Positions 22,441 to 36,041 of a stretch of DNA of 64,000 bases are shown in pieces; positions within the stretch are counted from its first letter, which is position 1, and each line of letters opens with the position of its first letter. The stretch comes from Schmidtea nova (taxonomy: Eukaryota): NCBI GenBank assembly GCA_044892505.1, contig CM097883.1, positions 275,900,001 through 275,964,000 of the forward strand, given 5' to 3'. Made by a program: the position numbers and the translations under genes. The notes under the pieces were generated by a model. That model was not told the origin of the DNA, searched no databases, and saw nothing but the letters and a program-made list of their open reading frames with translations.

Positions 22441-24988
22441 ATTACTGGAAAACAACATTGTCAAACATTCAAATTCAGAATGATCTTCTGCACTGATGTT
22501 AAAACAAAAAGCAAACGGTAAATGGAGAGCCTGCGATGATTACAGACTATTAAACAAAAGCACAGAGCCAGACAGCTATCCATTACCAATTATAAAAGAC
22601 ATAATCAACCGAATAAAGGGCGCAAAGTACTTTTCAAAAATAGATCTGCAAAAAGCATATCATCATATCCCAATAAGGAAAGAAGACATAAAAAAGACTG
22701 CAATAGCAACACCGTTTGGAATGTTCGAATACAACCGAATGCCTTTCGGTCTAAGAAATGCAGCAGCGACTTTCCAGCGATTTATGGATCAAACAATGAA
22801 AGGAACCAAAAACACAATCGCCTATCTGGACAACATTTTAATAACCAGTCTAGACAAGGAAACACACTTAAAAGACATAAAGAACGTGTTCGAGACATTA
22901 AAAAAGGCAAAACTAAAAATCAACGCACCAAAATGCGAATTCCTGAAAACCGAAATAAACTTCCTTGGACATACCCTAAACGAAAAAGGAACTCAGCCAA
23001 TCAAAAACAAAATAAGCAATGTTAAAAATTACAAATTACCAATTAACACAAGTGAGTTGAGGAGATTTCTAGGAATGGTAAACTTCTACCATTCTTACAT
23101 CCCAAACTGCAGTAAATTACTAGCACCATTAAATGACATTATCACAACAAAACGAAATGTCACAATAAACTGGACTCAACAAACAACCGAAGCATTCGAG
23201 AAAGCCAAAGAAAGTCATTCAACGGCAACATTAATCGGATATCCAGACCCAGAAATAGAATACCAATTAACTACTGACTGCTAAGGTTTCGCAATGGTGG
23301 CAACAATTTTCCAGGAAAACAAATTCGGAAAACAACCACTAGGTTTCTTCTCTAAAAAGCTAAAGTCACACCAAACAAGATATTCGACTTTCGACAGAGA
23401 ACTCTTAGCAATACATGATTCAATCAAACACTTCCAACATTTACTCGAAGGGCGAACTTTCAAAATATTCACCGACCATAAACCGCTAACAAACGCAATA
23501 GAAATGAAAAACCCTTTGCCAAGACAGATCAGACAAATCAACTTCATTTCACAATTCAATTGTACAATAAACTATGTAGCGGGAAAATCAAATATAGCAG
23601 CAGACGCCTTATCCTGAACCGAAAGTGACATAAATTCCTTAGAATTCGGAGAAATAATTGATTTGGATCAAATCAAACCCAAACAAAACGAAACAATAAG
23701 GAACCTGCCTACTAAACACAGCCTGAAACTCCAGGAACTTAACGGAGTATGGTACGATGTATCCAACGAAAGCAACAGACGAATTCTACTACCCGAAGAA
23801 TTCCGCCAAAAATGCATCGAAAAGATCCACTCAATTAATCATCCGGGAAACAAAACAACTTTCGAATTAATACATAACAATTATATATGGCCTGACACGA
23901 GGAAAGAGAAAAAAAAATTTATCAAGGGCTGCCATAATTGCCAAATAAGCAAACCAACAAAGAAAATCAAAACCGAAAAAGTAAACTTTCCAAGCAGCCA
24001 ACCTTTCGAGATGATCCACATTGACATAGTAGGACCGTTACCACCAAACAACGGGTACAACTACCTACTAACAATCATCGACAGAAAGACAAACTGGTTC
24101 GAAATTGTCCCATTAAAAGAAATATCCGCACAAAATATATGCAATAACATCGAACTAAATTGGATAGCTTGCTATGGACAACCCGAAATACTAATAACAG
24201 ATCAAGGGAGACAGTTCGAATCAGAAATATTCAGCGCACTATGTAAAAAATACGAAATTAAACGGAATAAAACAACAGCCTACAACCCACAAGCGAATGA
24301 AAAAGTCGAAAGACTGCATAGAGCGCTTAAACAAAGCATCCAAACCAGAGCAAACGACAAAAATTGGTTGTCCGAACTATCTACAATTTTACTAGGATTA
24401 AGAAACACACTCAACTCAATCGACAACGAGAGTCCTTCGTACAAAGTCTTCGGCAGAGAATCAAATCTCCCTACACTTAAAAACAGTACAGCAGAAAACG
24501 TTAAAACAAACAAACAACCAACCAACACAAACAACGAAAGAGTAGAAAAGAAATTAAAAGGAATCTTAAAAAAGAGAGCAAACTCTGAAATGGACGGAAA
24601 AGTAGTTCTAACGACAGACTACGTCCTAATAAAAAAGCCCTTCACTAAAGGTTTCGAACCAAAAAACGAAGGCCCATTCAAACTGCTGGAAATTAACAAA
24701 AATGTGGCAACAATTATAAAAGACAACATCAAAATAAGAATCAATCTAAGACGGATAAAAAAGTATCACAAAAATCAAAACATCTTAAACAATCCCACAA
24801 AAGAAAAAGCACCGACACAAACAAAAACACAACCAAACCACAAACACATCTCATTCAACTCCAAAAACTCAATAAAACTGTTCGACAAGGACACAATATT
24901 TACACCCTATACAAAAAACGTTATAGCGAATGCCTCAAATAAAAAAGCACAAACATACACAAGCAAAACACAGGCACAGCATAGCTAA
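22441..24988 (+). pseudogene. pol: pol (RT, RNase H, integrase) of element B
   Basis: DYRLLNK, KIDLQKAYH, MPFGLRNA, YLDN (catalytic YxDD mutated), RELLAI/TDHKPL, HSINHPG...C..C zinc finger, HIDIVGP...TDQGRQFES...E core; broken by stops and frameshifts into ORFs 22496-23284, 23294-23617 and 23663-24988. Confidence 0.9.
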
Positions 24989-25478
24989 TTGTACAGTTTT
25001 TACTCTTTTGTAAATACGTAAATGTTATGGTTAAAACGTTGTAAAAAACAAAACAAATACAAAAACAAAACAAAACAAACAAAAATAAGTTTTATTTTGA
25101 TATTTTGTAAATTTTTTGTTTAAATGTTAACCTCCGGTTTTAAAGGGGGAAGTTATGTGAATGTCGTATTTTATTATTTGATTTTTATGATTGCATATTA
25201 CGTGTGATTGCGGTTCAGGTTACAAAGGCGTGGTATCCCCCCCATTCCTGCGTGTCGAGAACAGCATCTTTTTCTTTATTATTGTGATTATTTTTATTAT
25301 TTTTTATTCGAAATTCAAATTTGGCTTACTATAGCAAATGCTATAGTAAGCCAAATTGAAAATATGGATTTTATGAATTTAAAAAATAATAATTAAAATA
25401 AAAACTGAAAGACCTAATTTTGATTAAAACTTATGAAACAAACTACTAAATGAAAAGCATATGCTGAAACGGAATATC

Positions 25479-26074
25479 AATAAATAAAAGACATTAAATC
25501 TGAGTTAGAAGATTGCCATAATCGATTTCCTCCAAATACTTCAATAAATAAAAGACATTAGATCTGAGTTAGAAGATTGCCAAAATCGATTTCCTCCAAA
25601 TACTTCAATAAATAAAAGACATTAGATCTGAGTTAGAAGATTGCCAAAATCGATTTCCTCCAAATACTTCAATAAATAAAAGACATTAGATTGAGTTAGA
25701 AGATTGCCAAAATCCATTTCCTCCAAATACTTCAATAAATAAAAGACATTAGATCTGAGTTAGAAGATTGATAAAATCCATTTCCTCCAAATACTTCAAT
25801 AAATAAAAGACATCAAATCTGAGTTAGAAGATTGCCATAATCCATTTACTCCAAATACTTCAATAAATAAAAGACATTAGATCTGAGTTAGAAGATTGCC
25901 AAAATCGATTTCCTCCAAATACTTCAATAAATAAAAGACATTAAATCTGAGTTAGAAGATTGATAAAATCCATTTACTCCAAATACTTCAATAAATAAAA
26001 GACATTAAATCTGAGTTAGAAGATTGATAAAATCCATTTACTCCAAATACTTCGATAAATAAAAGACATTAGAT
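25479..26074 (+). repeat. 64-bp tandem array in the 3' LTR of element B (9 units plus a partial)
   Basis: Units start at 25479, 25543, 25607, 25671, 25734, 25798, 25862, 25926, 25990 and (partial) 26054. Confidence 0.9.
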
Positions 26075-26321
26075 ATCACTCCAAAAGTCAAAGTGATTTT
26101 TTTATAGTTCGAGTTATTAGAAACTTTAGATTGTGATAATAATTTATTTGTGAATAATTAATTTATTTTGTTATTTTGTTGTTACTGTTTTTAGCATCAC
26201 ATAGCATACACCCCGAGTGTCTGCACACGAATACCGCAAGACTCTCTCGGGATCTACAATTCTCTTCTTACACTCACAGACGCTAAAGACATTTAAAACA
26301 ACATAAATAACAAACATAATA

Positions 26322-27020
26322 TGAATTATTAATTTGAGTATGTCTAGTTTCTGACTCCTCGTGCTTTTTTAATAACGATATAACTGAGACCCAACACAAT
26401 AAATTGTATTTATTTAAATCTGACAATCCACAACAACTAAAATCAGTACAATCCTTTTTGTTTCTACACTCTTTTCTAAGCCATAGGAGTAGGTCTACTG
26501 TAGGAGGACATGAGCTATCTGGATCCGTATGAGTTATCGCGCGTTTTTTGGCGCCATTTTTAAAGTGTGTTTTGTTTAAATGTTTGGAATTTTTTTATTT
26601 ATTTATTAATTAATTAAATTTTTATTTATTTATTTTATTTTTATTTATTAATTAATTATATTTTGAATTAGTTGTTTATTTTTTTTAAATATTATTAATT
26701 TACTTTTGTTAGTATAATTTTTATTATAATTTTTGAAACACTTCAATGATAAACGTTCAATCAAAGCACTAATCAAAATATTATAAGCATATAACAAAAT
26801 GAGACAATTCTGCACAACAAAATAAATTACATGGTGAAATACGATAAATATTAAACTAATTATTTATTATTTATTAGTTTATTATTAATATTACTATTAT
26901 TATTATGACATAACCATAGTTTCTAAAACTTAGTACCCAAATTATAAAAACAGACTGAAACTAATCTGTACAATATATAACTAAATAAATGAAAGCAATA
27001 AAAAACAAAGTTTTTCAACA
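26322..27020 (-). mobile_element. Probable solo LTR of the same family as 36042-36778, hit near its end by element B
   Basis: CTGACTCCTCGTGCT..TTTAAT...ACCCAACACA at 26351-26398 matches 36079-36124; possible minus-strand TGTTG start at 27020. The TSD cannot be checked. Confidence 0.4.
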
Positions 27021-27024
27021 AAAT

Positions 27025-30000
27025 TTATTTAAATAAAACTGTTTCTTCTTCAGTTTGATCTTGGAATTGGTGATCTGGATTGATTCTTGAATTGGTATGT
27101 TGAAATATAACCAAGTCACCTCCCATATAATGGCCATATGCCAAGCTTTTATTTTTCGCCACCCATTTCCTTTTATCATCTGCGTTTGTCAGTGCAGTCT
27201 TTTCATTTTTAATAGTAAAAAGTTGGTGATTTTTACTCGTGATTCTCGTTTGGCTAACAGAAAATATTTGGTTATTATTAAAACAGTCCAGGTACGACTG
27301 ATGCTTTATGTCAGTACCCGCTAATGTTTCCCCCTTAGCTTTATTAGTTTCCTCATCACCTAAAAGGCTATAACATTTAGGTATAAGAAACACCCACTCC
27401 TCGTATTTAAGCCCTTTATTCTCGTCTTTGAACTTGCCAATGACAGAATCAAGGTTCCTACTATATAATGGGTGATTCGGATCATAATTAGAAGTGTCAA
27501 GTAAGTTATCTCTTATCATGGCCGGTAAAAGAATATCAAGCTTACAATTTCTAATCTCAAGAAAAAATGAATCGGTGTCACCAGCAACAATGTTGATTTC
27601 GCAGTTGAATTCGTTACGATATTTTTGTAACTCTTCATACTGCAGCTGGTACATCCTAAGTTTAGATAGATCCAGTACAGTTTGACCAATGTAGCTAGGT
27701 CTATCCAAACACACCGAATCTTTATTCAGTAAGACGGCAACCAAATCATCGTCAATTTCGAAAGTTCTTTTGAAGTTGGCTTAGAAGTATATGTAATCAG
27801 CCTAGAAGCCGAATTACATAATCTTAAATTTATGCGCTTTTTAAGATTCTCTACGGTTTTACCGTAGAGACTATTATTTAATAATTTATAATAATTTTTA
27901 CCCAGAGCATTACTTGTTTCTGCTCTAAGTTTGGTATTGGTATCGATGTAATCCTTAAAAATACATGCTTGTTTAAATTTAATTGCCCTATGGACATGAG
28001 TTATTTTTACTCCAAGAGAAAGAAAAAGTTTGACAAGTCTCCAATGAAGAACATAGTTCTTCTTGGGATAATGCGTAAGCATCAACTTCTCAACCTTTGA
28101 GCCAGGTGGACACATCTTTTCAGCGGCAACTGGCAAATCATCCAGCTTGTCGTGAATCGAATCAGGAATTTCTAAATCGACTTCTAATGTAAATCTAAAT
28201 GTTAATACTTCTAAATCAGCAGATTCACAGTAATAAATTATTTTATTTTATTTTTCCCTATCAGTTATCCATTTAAATTCTTTATAAGGTAGTTTTTGGC
28301 TTAAGGCCCACCCATATAAATTATTTATATCTATATAAAGAAGCTCAGTGTCATCGGACGATACTACATGGTGTTTGTTAACAAATGTTAACCCACCACG
28401 GATCCCCCCTTCGAAAAAATTATACATCTCCATATCTTGAAGCAATTCAATTGGAGATTTCAAAGTCATCAAAGCGGAATTCCATGACATGCCTGGAATT
28501 CCTAAGAAATTAAGAGGCTCAAGTCGGTTATGTGCAATGGATTTTGCCCTAAATTGCTGAAAAAAGTCGGCAAGTAAGAAAACATCCAATTTCAGATATA
28601 GCATCATATAATCAAACAATGTTTCACAATTAAATTCATCCCATATCTGTTGAGCTTTTTCATACTCGTCAATATTAACTCCCTCCCAAATCGGTGGCAA
28701 CTCGTATGTATTTTGTAAAACCTCTAAAGATGTTGCAAAATTATATGGGAATATGCTTTTAGAAGTAATAATAGTCCCTATAAATTCGGATGAAGTAAGA
28801 GGAAAATCTGTTAGTCTTTACAGCATCGTTTAAGCTGCAGCTTACAAATTGGCAAGAATCGATAAATTTAATAGTTAAACTATCAACTCTTGCATATAAA
28901 GTCAAAAACTTTTCACTTCTAGTAGGAATACAACTTATATCCCATTTATCGAATTTATTTAAATCATACTTGAGGATATGATGCAAATCATATCCGCGTA
29001 AATTATGAAATATGACTGGCATGATGAATATTATTTGCCGAGAAAAATTGCATTTAGAGCAAGCCGCACCCAAGTATTTATCTGTATAATGGTCATGATC
29101 TTTAACCGGATTTTTCAAAGGTTTATTACACAAATAACAAATTATAGAACTACGAAATGATCTTATTTGTGCAGGGGAAAGATATTCCATTTTCTTTTTG
29201 GAATTATTTATAAAGTAAGGTAAAACTACTTTTTCTCCTATATCATTGATTTCGGTCAAAAACTCTTCTACACAGTTAAGACCATAAAAGCTTTTATACG
29301 ATTTTTCGCCAGTAAAGTTATTAATAAGCAACAAGCCAGCAGAAATAGGCAAGTGACGTTGAAAATACTTATCGTCATTGGGTAAAACAGCCTCAAAATC
29401 TGCATATACAATGAAAGGAGGGGTAACAATCTTTGACCAATCTTTAAATTCCAAGTTCTTATCTGAAGGTAAAGTGTATAAAGTTGTACCTAACTGGTTT
29501 TTTGTGCATAAAGCCTGGTGTTTCTCAAAAGCTTCAGTCAATCTAAAACCATTCAAGCAACGCTCGCACCAAATGCTCTGAATTCTAACATCTGTAACAG
29601 GAAGAGTTTGACAATTCAAGAGTGTCAAGATTAGTAACTCCTATATAGTGAAAAGAGTCACTTTCCTCTAACAAAACCAAATTAATTGGAGTGCCACCTA
29701 CAACCTTTGACCTATGAATAATATCTACAAATGGATGTTTCATGACTTCATCCTCCTCATTAATATTATGTAAATCATACTCGTCATATGAAAGGACATT
29801 AATAGCCAGCCCGGGGTTTTTCGCTTCAAATTTGGGTATATTACATAATTTCATTGGAAAATCAGAATGATTAAAAACAAGGTCTGAAATATTATAATTA
29901 TAAGACTTACTTCTATTAGATTTCACATCCTTGTATTTTTAAATTGCCAAAATACTATATATAAAACACAAGTTATCAGTATTCTTTACATTGACAGTGC

Positions 30001-30717
30001 AATGTTTTGCATTTAATGATGGTGGAGTTGAACAAGAACCTTTGCCACTCAATCTACTTATTTGAGAATATTTCGTAAGTTTAAAGCTTATTTCTTTAAT
30101 TTTATTAATTGACCAGTTGCTGCCATTTTCGCAAACTTTAGTCATTTTTTCGCTTAATAGAGCAATACCTTCATCTAAAAAGGTATCAGTCATGGGTTTT
30201 GCGGAATTTGATATTATAAATGATTGAAATTGCTTATTCTTTTCAAATTGTACATCAATGCAAAATTGTACTTTGACATATCCCATTTTGGAAATAACTG
30301 AATTAAATTTATTAATAAAGGCGAAGGAATAATTAATTTATGTAAATTTAAAGAATCCACATCCATTTTAACAATTGCATGCGAGATTTTCAAATTATAT
30401 TTAACCAAAGGTTCAACAGAACAACCATATTGAACAATATGTAAATTACGAATAACTAAAACATCGTCATTTGATGAATGGACATCTTCATCATCGGATA
30501 ATACAATTATTTTTGATGGTTTAGGACAAACAGTAACATTTCGTCGTTTACTTTTATTAATTAATGCGAAAAGACTTTTCTTAGTACATGAGAATTGATT
30601 TAAATGGAGATAATGTTGGAAATAAAAATCAAAGTAATTTATATGTTGGGCGCTCTTACATGTGGGACATAAATAGAATGTGACTTGGTTATTTATAATA
30701 CGATAGTATCGCTCCAT
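27025..30717 (-). pseudogene. polB: Polinton/Maverick protein-primed DNA polymerase B, decayed copy 1
   Basis: Frameshifted pieces (ORFs 30214-30717, 29939-30286, 29585-29926, 28759-29628, 28248-28700, 27726-28136, 27025-27744) carrying DHDHYT..GAAC..CN, FHNLRGYD, YIDINNLYG, KLLNNSLYGKT and GDTDS; collinear with 41802-45877. No termini found. Confidence 0.92.
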
Positions 30718-31105
30718 TAACTTGTGGCAGTCGTTATGATTTGACGACTTACAATAATTCGCATAAAATTTACCTTAATATGAAATATCTTTAAATTTAT
30801 CAAAAAATCATTAAAATAAATTAATAAAAATATGAATTATTAGAAAATAAATATGAAATTTAAGATAAATATGATTTAAATATAATAATTACTAAAATAA
30901 TTAAAATTTAATATAAAACTTATTACAAAATAATATTAAAGGAATTTGTTTAAATTAACTGTTTACGTAAAGTAAAGATTATTTAAATTATTACAAAATA
31001 TTACCAAAAATATATATTTACAAATATTTTACTAAAGTTATTTACTAAATTAATTAAAATATAATCAAAATATAATCAAATTAATTAAAATTAATCAATA
31101 CTTAC

Positions 31106-31403
31106 ATTGGACATTCAATACCACATCAGGTATAACTACATTATTCATAATATTTTCGTCACCAACAATCTTAGTTTGTACGGTAGTTTGTCCAGTCATA
31201 TTTACATCACCTAAAGTAAAAGTTAAATAATTTACTAAGTTAATGATCAAGTACCATTTTCTTCCGCATTTTCTAACATCGATTTCCCAATTCAATTATT
31301 GATATTACCTAAATTAATACTAAATGATAATAAATTAAAAAATAAATTTACCATTTTCTTTTCCACTTGGGTTTTCGTTCGTAAAACTTGTTAAAATGTT
31401 CAT
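31106..31403 (-). pseudogene. Small intron-containing gene upstream of polB copy 1, function unknown
   Basis: Exons 31403-31352, 31308-31255 and 31210-31106 joined by 43- and 44-nt GT-AG introns, with a further GTAAGT donor after 31106; spliced frame MNILTSFTNENPSGKENGNINN*IGKSMLENAEENGDVNMTGQTTVQTKIVGDENIMNNVVIPDVVLNVQ. Confidence 0.55.
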
Positions 31404-31452
31404 TTTAAATGTTTATAGTTTGTTAAAGTGAATAATGAATGAAAAAGTATTG

Positions 31453-31560
31453 TTTATATATCAAAGTTATTACACACACATAAACTTTGACCAATAAAAA
31501 TCGAGTAAAGGGTAGGAAATTTATTCTTATTAGCCAATCAGAATCGAGTAAGAGGCAGTA
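31453..31560 (-). promoter_or_regulatory. Putative promoter of the spliced gene (TATA plus two CCAAT boxes)
   Basis: Minus-strand TATATAAA at ~31453-31460, about 50 nt before the ATG; two plus-strand CCAAT boxes (~31492, ~31535), each followed by AATCGAGTAA. Confidence 0.4.
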
Positions 31561-34486
31561 AAGGTATTATTATCATCAAATCAAGTTCAAGAAAATGATA
31601 GAGAATTATGACTAAATATATATTACGTTGCAGTATTTTAAAAAACTAGAAAAGCTATTTCAACAAATTATAATACACATCAAAGTTATAAAATATTTCA
31701 ATGAATTGCTTGCATGTCATATGATTAAAATATATTAGACTAAATATTTTAGTGAATTACATCTAAATTATATTACATGGTATGGACTCGAAAAACATAA
31801 CTAAATATTTAACTTCTTTGTGAATTCTCTCATCATTTGTTGTTGTTTTTTATTATTGTGGCCACATTTTTGTTAATTTCTAGTAATTTGAATGAACCTT
31901 CTGATTTTGCTTCGAAGCCTTTTGTATTTGGTTTTTTATGAGTAAATAATCGGTGGTTAATGTTTTTTTCCCGTCATTCTCTGAATTTGGTCAAGGTTTT
32001 TAATATTCCTTTTAGTTTGTTTTCTATGTTTTCTATGTTTTTGTTATTATTTGTTTGTTTGTTTGTTCATTGTTTTTTATGTTTGTTTTAAGTGAGGGTA
32101 GGTTTGATTCTCTGCCGAATACTTTGTATGCTGGACTTTCGTTGTCAATTGAGTTTGGTGTGTTTTTTAGTTCCTGTAAGGTTGTCGTGAGTTGAGTTAG
32201 TCAATTTCTGTCGTCTGCTTTAGTTCTGATACTTTCATTTAGTCTTCTGTGCAGTCTCTCGATTTTTCCGTCTGCTTGATGGCTGTAAGCAGTTGTGCTC
32301 AGAGTACTGAATAATTCTGATTCAAACTGTCTTCCTTGGTCTATTATCAATATTTTTGGTTGAACGTAGCGAGTTATCCAATTGAACTCGATGTTGCTAC
32401 AAATGTTTTGTGCAGTTATTTCTTTTAAAAGGATTATTTCAAACCAGTTTGTTTTCCTCTATTTGTATTCTAAGTATTTGTATTCTTTGTTCGGAGGTAA
32501 TGGTCTTATTATATCAATGGTCCTATTATATCAATGTGTATTGTTTCAAAAGGTTGACTACTCAGGAAGTTCACTTTTTGGGCTATTGGTTTTTTTTTGA
32601 TATTTTGCTGATTTGTCAATTTTTACTCGTTTTAATGAACCCTTTGATTTCTTTCCTCATATTTGACCATATATATATATTTGTTGTGGATTATTTCGTA
32701 GGTGGCTCTTCTTCCTGGATGACTGATGTAATGTGTTTTCGAAATACACATTTTCCTAAACTCTTTTGGTAAAAGTATTCTTGGTGTAGTTTCGTTGCTG
32801 ACATCGTACCAGAGGTCATTTCTTTTCTCTAGTTTCAGGCTGTGTTTTGTTGGGAGCTCCTTTAAGGTTTCTGATTGTTTGTTTTTTATTTGTTCATTTT
32901 TGATTAGTTCACTAAATTCGAATAGGTTTATGCCTGTGTCTATTCTTGACAGAGTATCTGCTGCAATATTTGTGGCTCCAACGACATAATTAATTGTGCA
33001 ATTAAATTGTGATAGATAATTTAATTGTCTTATTTGTCGTGACGATAGGTTTTTCATTTGTATTGCAATTTTACCGGTTCGTGGTCCGTAAAGATTTTGA
33101 AGTTTCTTGCTTCCAATCGGTGTTAGAAGTATTTGATAGCTTCATAAATTGCGAGTAATTCTCGATCAAAGGTTGAATACCTTGTTTGATGTGTTTTAAG
33201 TTTTTTGAGAAAATCCAATTGGTTGTTTGCCGTATTCGTTATCCTGATATAAGGTTGTGCCCATAGCAAATCCAAAGGAGTCTGTTGCTAGGTTGTAGTC
33301 TAATTCTGGATTTGAGTATCTGAGTAATGTTGCTTGAGATAAGCTTGTTTTTGCTTTTTCAAACTGTTTGGTTCTTTGTTAAGTCCAGTTCATTTTACTA
33401 TTTCTTCTTGTTTTAATCAGGTCATTTAGGGAACTAACAGTTTGCTGCTGTTTGGGATGTAAGCATGGTAAAAGTTTACCATTCCCAAAGATCGTCTTAG
33501 TTCTCTGTTTGTATTTGGCAGTTTGAACTTTTGTATTAGGCTTATTTTCTTATCAATGGGCTTTGTGCCTTTTTCGTCCAGTGTGTGTCCAAGAAGATTT
33601 ATTTCTTTTTTTCAAAAATTCACATTTTTGGATGTTTATTTTGAGGTTTGCTGAGTTCAGCGTTTCGAAAACCCTTTCAATGTCTTTTAAATGAGTTTTT
33701 TTGTTTGGATTTGCTATGAGTATGTCGTCCAAATATGCTTTGGTGTTCTGATTATTTTTCAGAGTTTTGTCCATAAAGCGTTAAAATGTTGCAGCTACTT
33801 TTTGCAAACCAAATGGTATTCTGTTATATTCGAACATGCCAATTGGTGTTACGATTGCTGTTTTTTTGTCTTTGTTCCTGATAGGTATTTGGTTATAAGC
33901 CTTTTGCAAATCTATTTTCAAGAAAAGTCTTGCACCTGTTAGTCTGTTTATTATATCTCTGATGATAGGCAGTGGGTAGTTGTCTGGCTCTGTGATTTTG
34001 TTGACCATTCGGTAGTTACCACAGGCTCTATATTCCCCGTTCGCCTTTTGTTTGAGCATGAGTGCAGAGGACCAATCTGAGTTCGAGTGAGTTACTATTT
34101 ATTTTTCTAGTAACTCTTTAAAAATTTCGTGTGTAATTTTTATTTTTTGTAGATCTAGTTGTCTCACCTTTGCTTGCTCTGGATTTCTGTTTGTTATAAT
34201 TGCATGTTCAGTTGAGTGATCCGCGTTTTTATCAAAGGTTACTGGTTCGATGATTTTTTCAAATTTTTCCAGTAGTGTATTTATTTCTGGCCATGATTCA
34301 GTTTTTGTTTTGATTTATTGTTAGTTGGACCCATTTGGACATCAATGTCAACTTTTGAATTGGTTGTTGCCATGGTTTTGACGGTTTCTTTGTTTGTGTC
34401 TGTGTTATCAGTTAGTTTTTTATTTCGTCAGTATACTGTGAGGTTGTAGTGTTCCAGAAAGTCAGCTCCTGTTAAGGATTGATGAA

Positions 34487-35305
34487 TGTTTTAGAACGAT
34501 GTATATAGTCTTAAATTAAAACTCTTAATTCAAACAATCTAGGTTATGTTAAATTGTGTATGTATGTTAGAAGACGTCGTAGAGCCCGAGAGAGTCTAGC
34601 AATATAAGTGTACAGACACTCGAGGTATATGCTGTGTAATGCTTTTGTTTGAATGGAGGTACAAATAAAATAATATTCAATCAAATAAAATTATTTAATA
34701 AACTTTTATTTAGATAATATAGCATCAACAAATTAATATTTACTTTTAAAATTTCATTATTAAATTCTTTCGAATCTTCTCTTGCGTTTCTTTAGAACTT
34801 TCTTTAAAATTTCTTTAATGTCTCGATATTAAATTCGTTATTAAATTCTTCGTTAAATTCTTTGTTATTCTTTACTTTGATAATGTTTGATAATGTTTCT
34901 CGTTTGATAATATTTTGATGTTTGATAATGTTTCTCGTTTGATAAAGTTTCTCGTTTCTCGTTTCTTATTTCTTGTTTGATAATATGCAACTGTAAAAGA
35001 GGTCTGCCAATTATTAGCTAGTTTTAATTTTTTAAATATTATTTATCGATTCGTTTTTAATTTGTGTATTGGACTTACTATTTACTTACTTTTTACTATA
35101 GTTATTTACTATATTAAGCCAATTTAAATTCATTTTGAATTTATCATTTAAAATTTGGTTAATTTTGGTTTTTTCCAAAATTAATTATAAATAATTATAA
35201 ATAAAAAATAAAAATAAAAAATAAAAGTTGGGAGGGGGAATATATAACACACGCACTAAAAAAACATCCCAAAATAAATAAATTACACAAATTTTGATCT
35301 TAACA
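34487..35305 (-). mobile_element. Solo LTR related to the LTR of element B, inserted in the protease of element C
   Basis: TG...CA ends; 5-bp TSD ATGAA/TTGAA (1 mismatch); CTCGAGTGTCTG..CAC..GACTCTCTCGGG..CTAC segment matches 26210-26260; the protease frame resumes across the insertion. Confidence 0.7.
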
Positions 35306-36041
35306 TTGAACATCAGCGATTATGAATATCCAGCTGTATTTCTTTGAGTTAACTATTAAGGTTAGAGTGTGTTCACCAAATGTTTTTATGCTTGTGCCAT
35401 TGGCTGCGGTTAAATGTTTTTCTGCGTTTGTGAATTTTTGTGCAGGTAATGGGGTAATAAGAGATCACAGAACCAGTATAAATTAGAAATTCTGTGTTAT
35501 TTGAGTGCACCATGAATATATAATTTTTGTCACCAAATGTGGGTGCGATCATCGGTGACATTTCTAGTTTCTCTGTTCTGTTTTATGGAAATTGCAGGGT
35601 TTAGTGCATTTAAAAGCCTGTTAACCAAATTTGTTATAAAAATAACAATGATTTTCATCTATTAAATTGTTTCTCGCTTGTTTTACTGGACTTTTGTACC
35701 GATAATTATTGTATCTGTTTGGCGAGTTTGACCTGTTTCTGTTGTATAGGTTTGGTGATTGGTTTCTATTGTAGTTTTGTCTGTTGTGTCTTTCAGACGT
35801 TTGGTTTGAATTATAGTTATGTCTGTAGCATTTTTCATTAATTTCGACTAGTTCCATTTTAATTTGTTTGTTTTCGACTATGATTTCGTCAAATTTGCTG
35901 ATTAGAGTGTTTAATAGTTTGTTCATGTTTTCGTTTGTCTCGTTATATTTGTTGTTTGGTTGATTATTGTAGTTTGTTTTGCTTTTGTTGTAGTTTTGGG
36001 TGCTGCATATGGTAGGATAAATTTTTTCGTTTATTTTATCC

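Larger units (their letters stand above)
19711..26321 (+). mobile_element. Ty3/Gypsy element B (CsRn1-like), full length but inactivated
   Basis: 5' LTR starts in the N gap and ends at 20486; PBS 20489; gag-PR-RT-RH-INT order; PPT AAAGGGGGAAGTTA 25142-25155; 3' LTR 25156-26321, near-identical to the 5' LTR apart from its tandem array. Confidence 0.92.

Noticed and set aside
25479-26074. 64-bp array as a CRISPR-like locus
   Set aside because: Units are contiguous near-identical repeats without unique spacers, lie inside an LTR, and no cas genes are present in this eukaryotic context.
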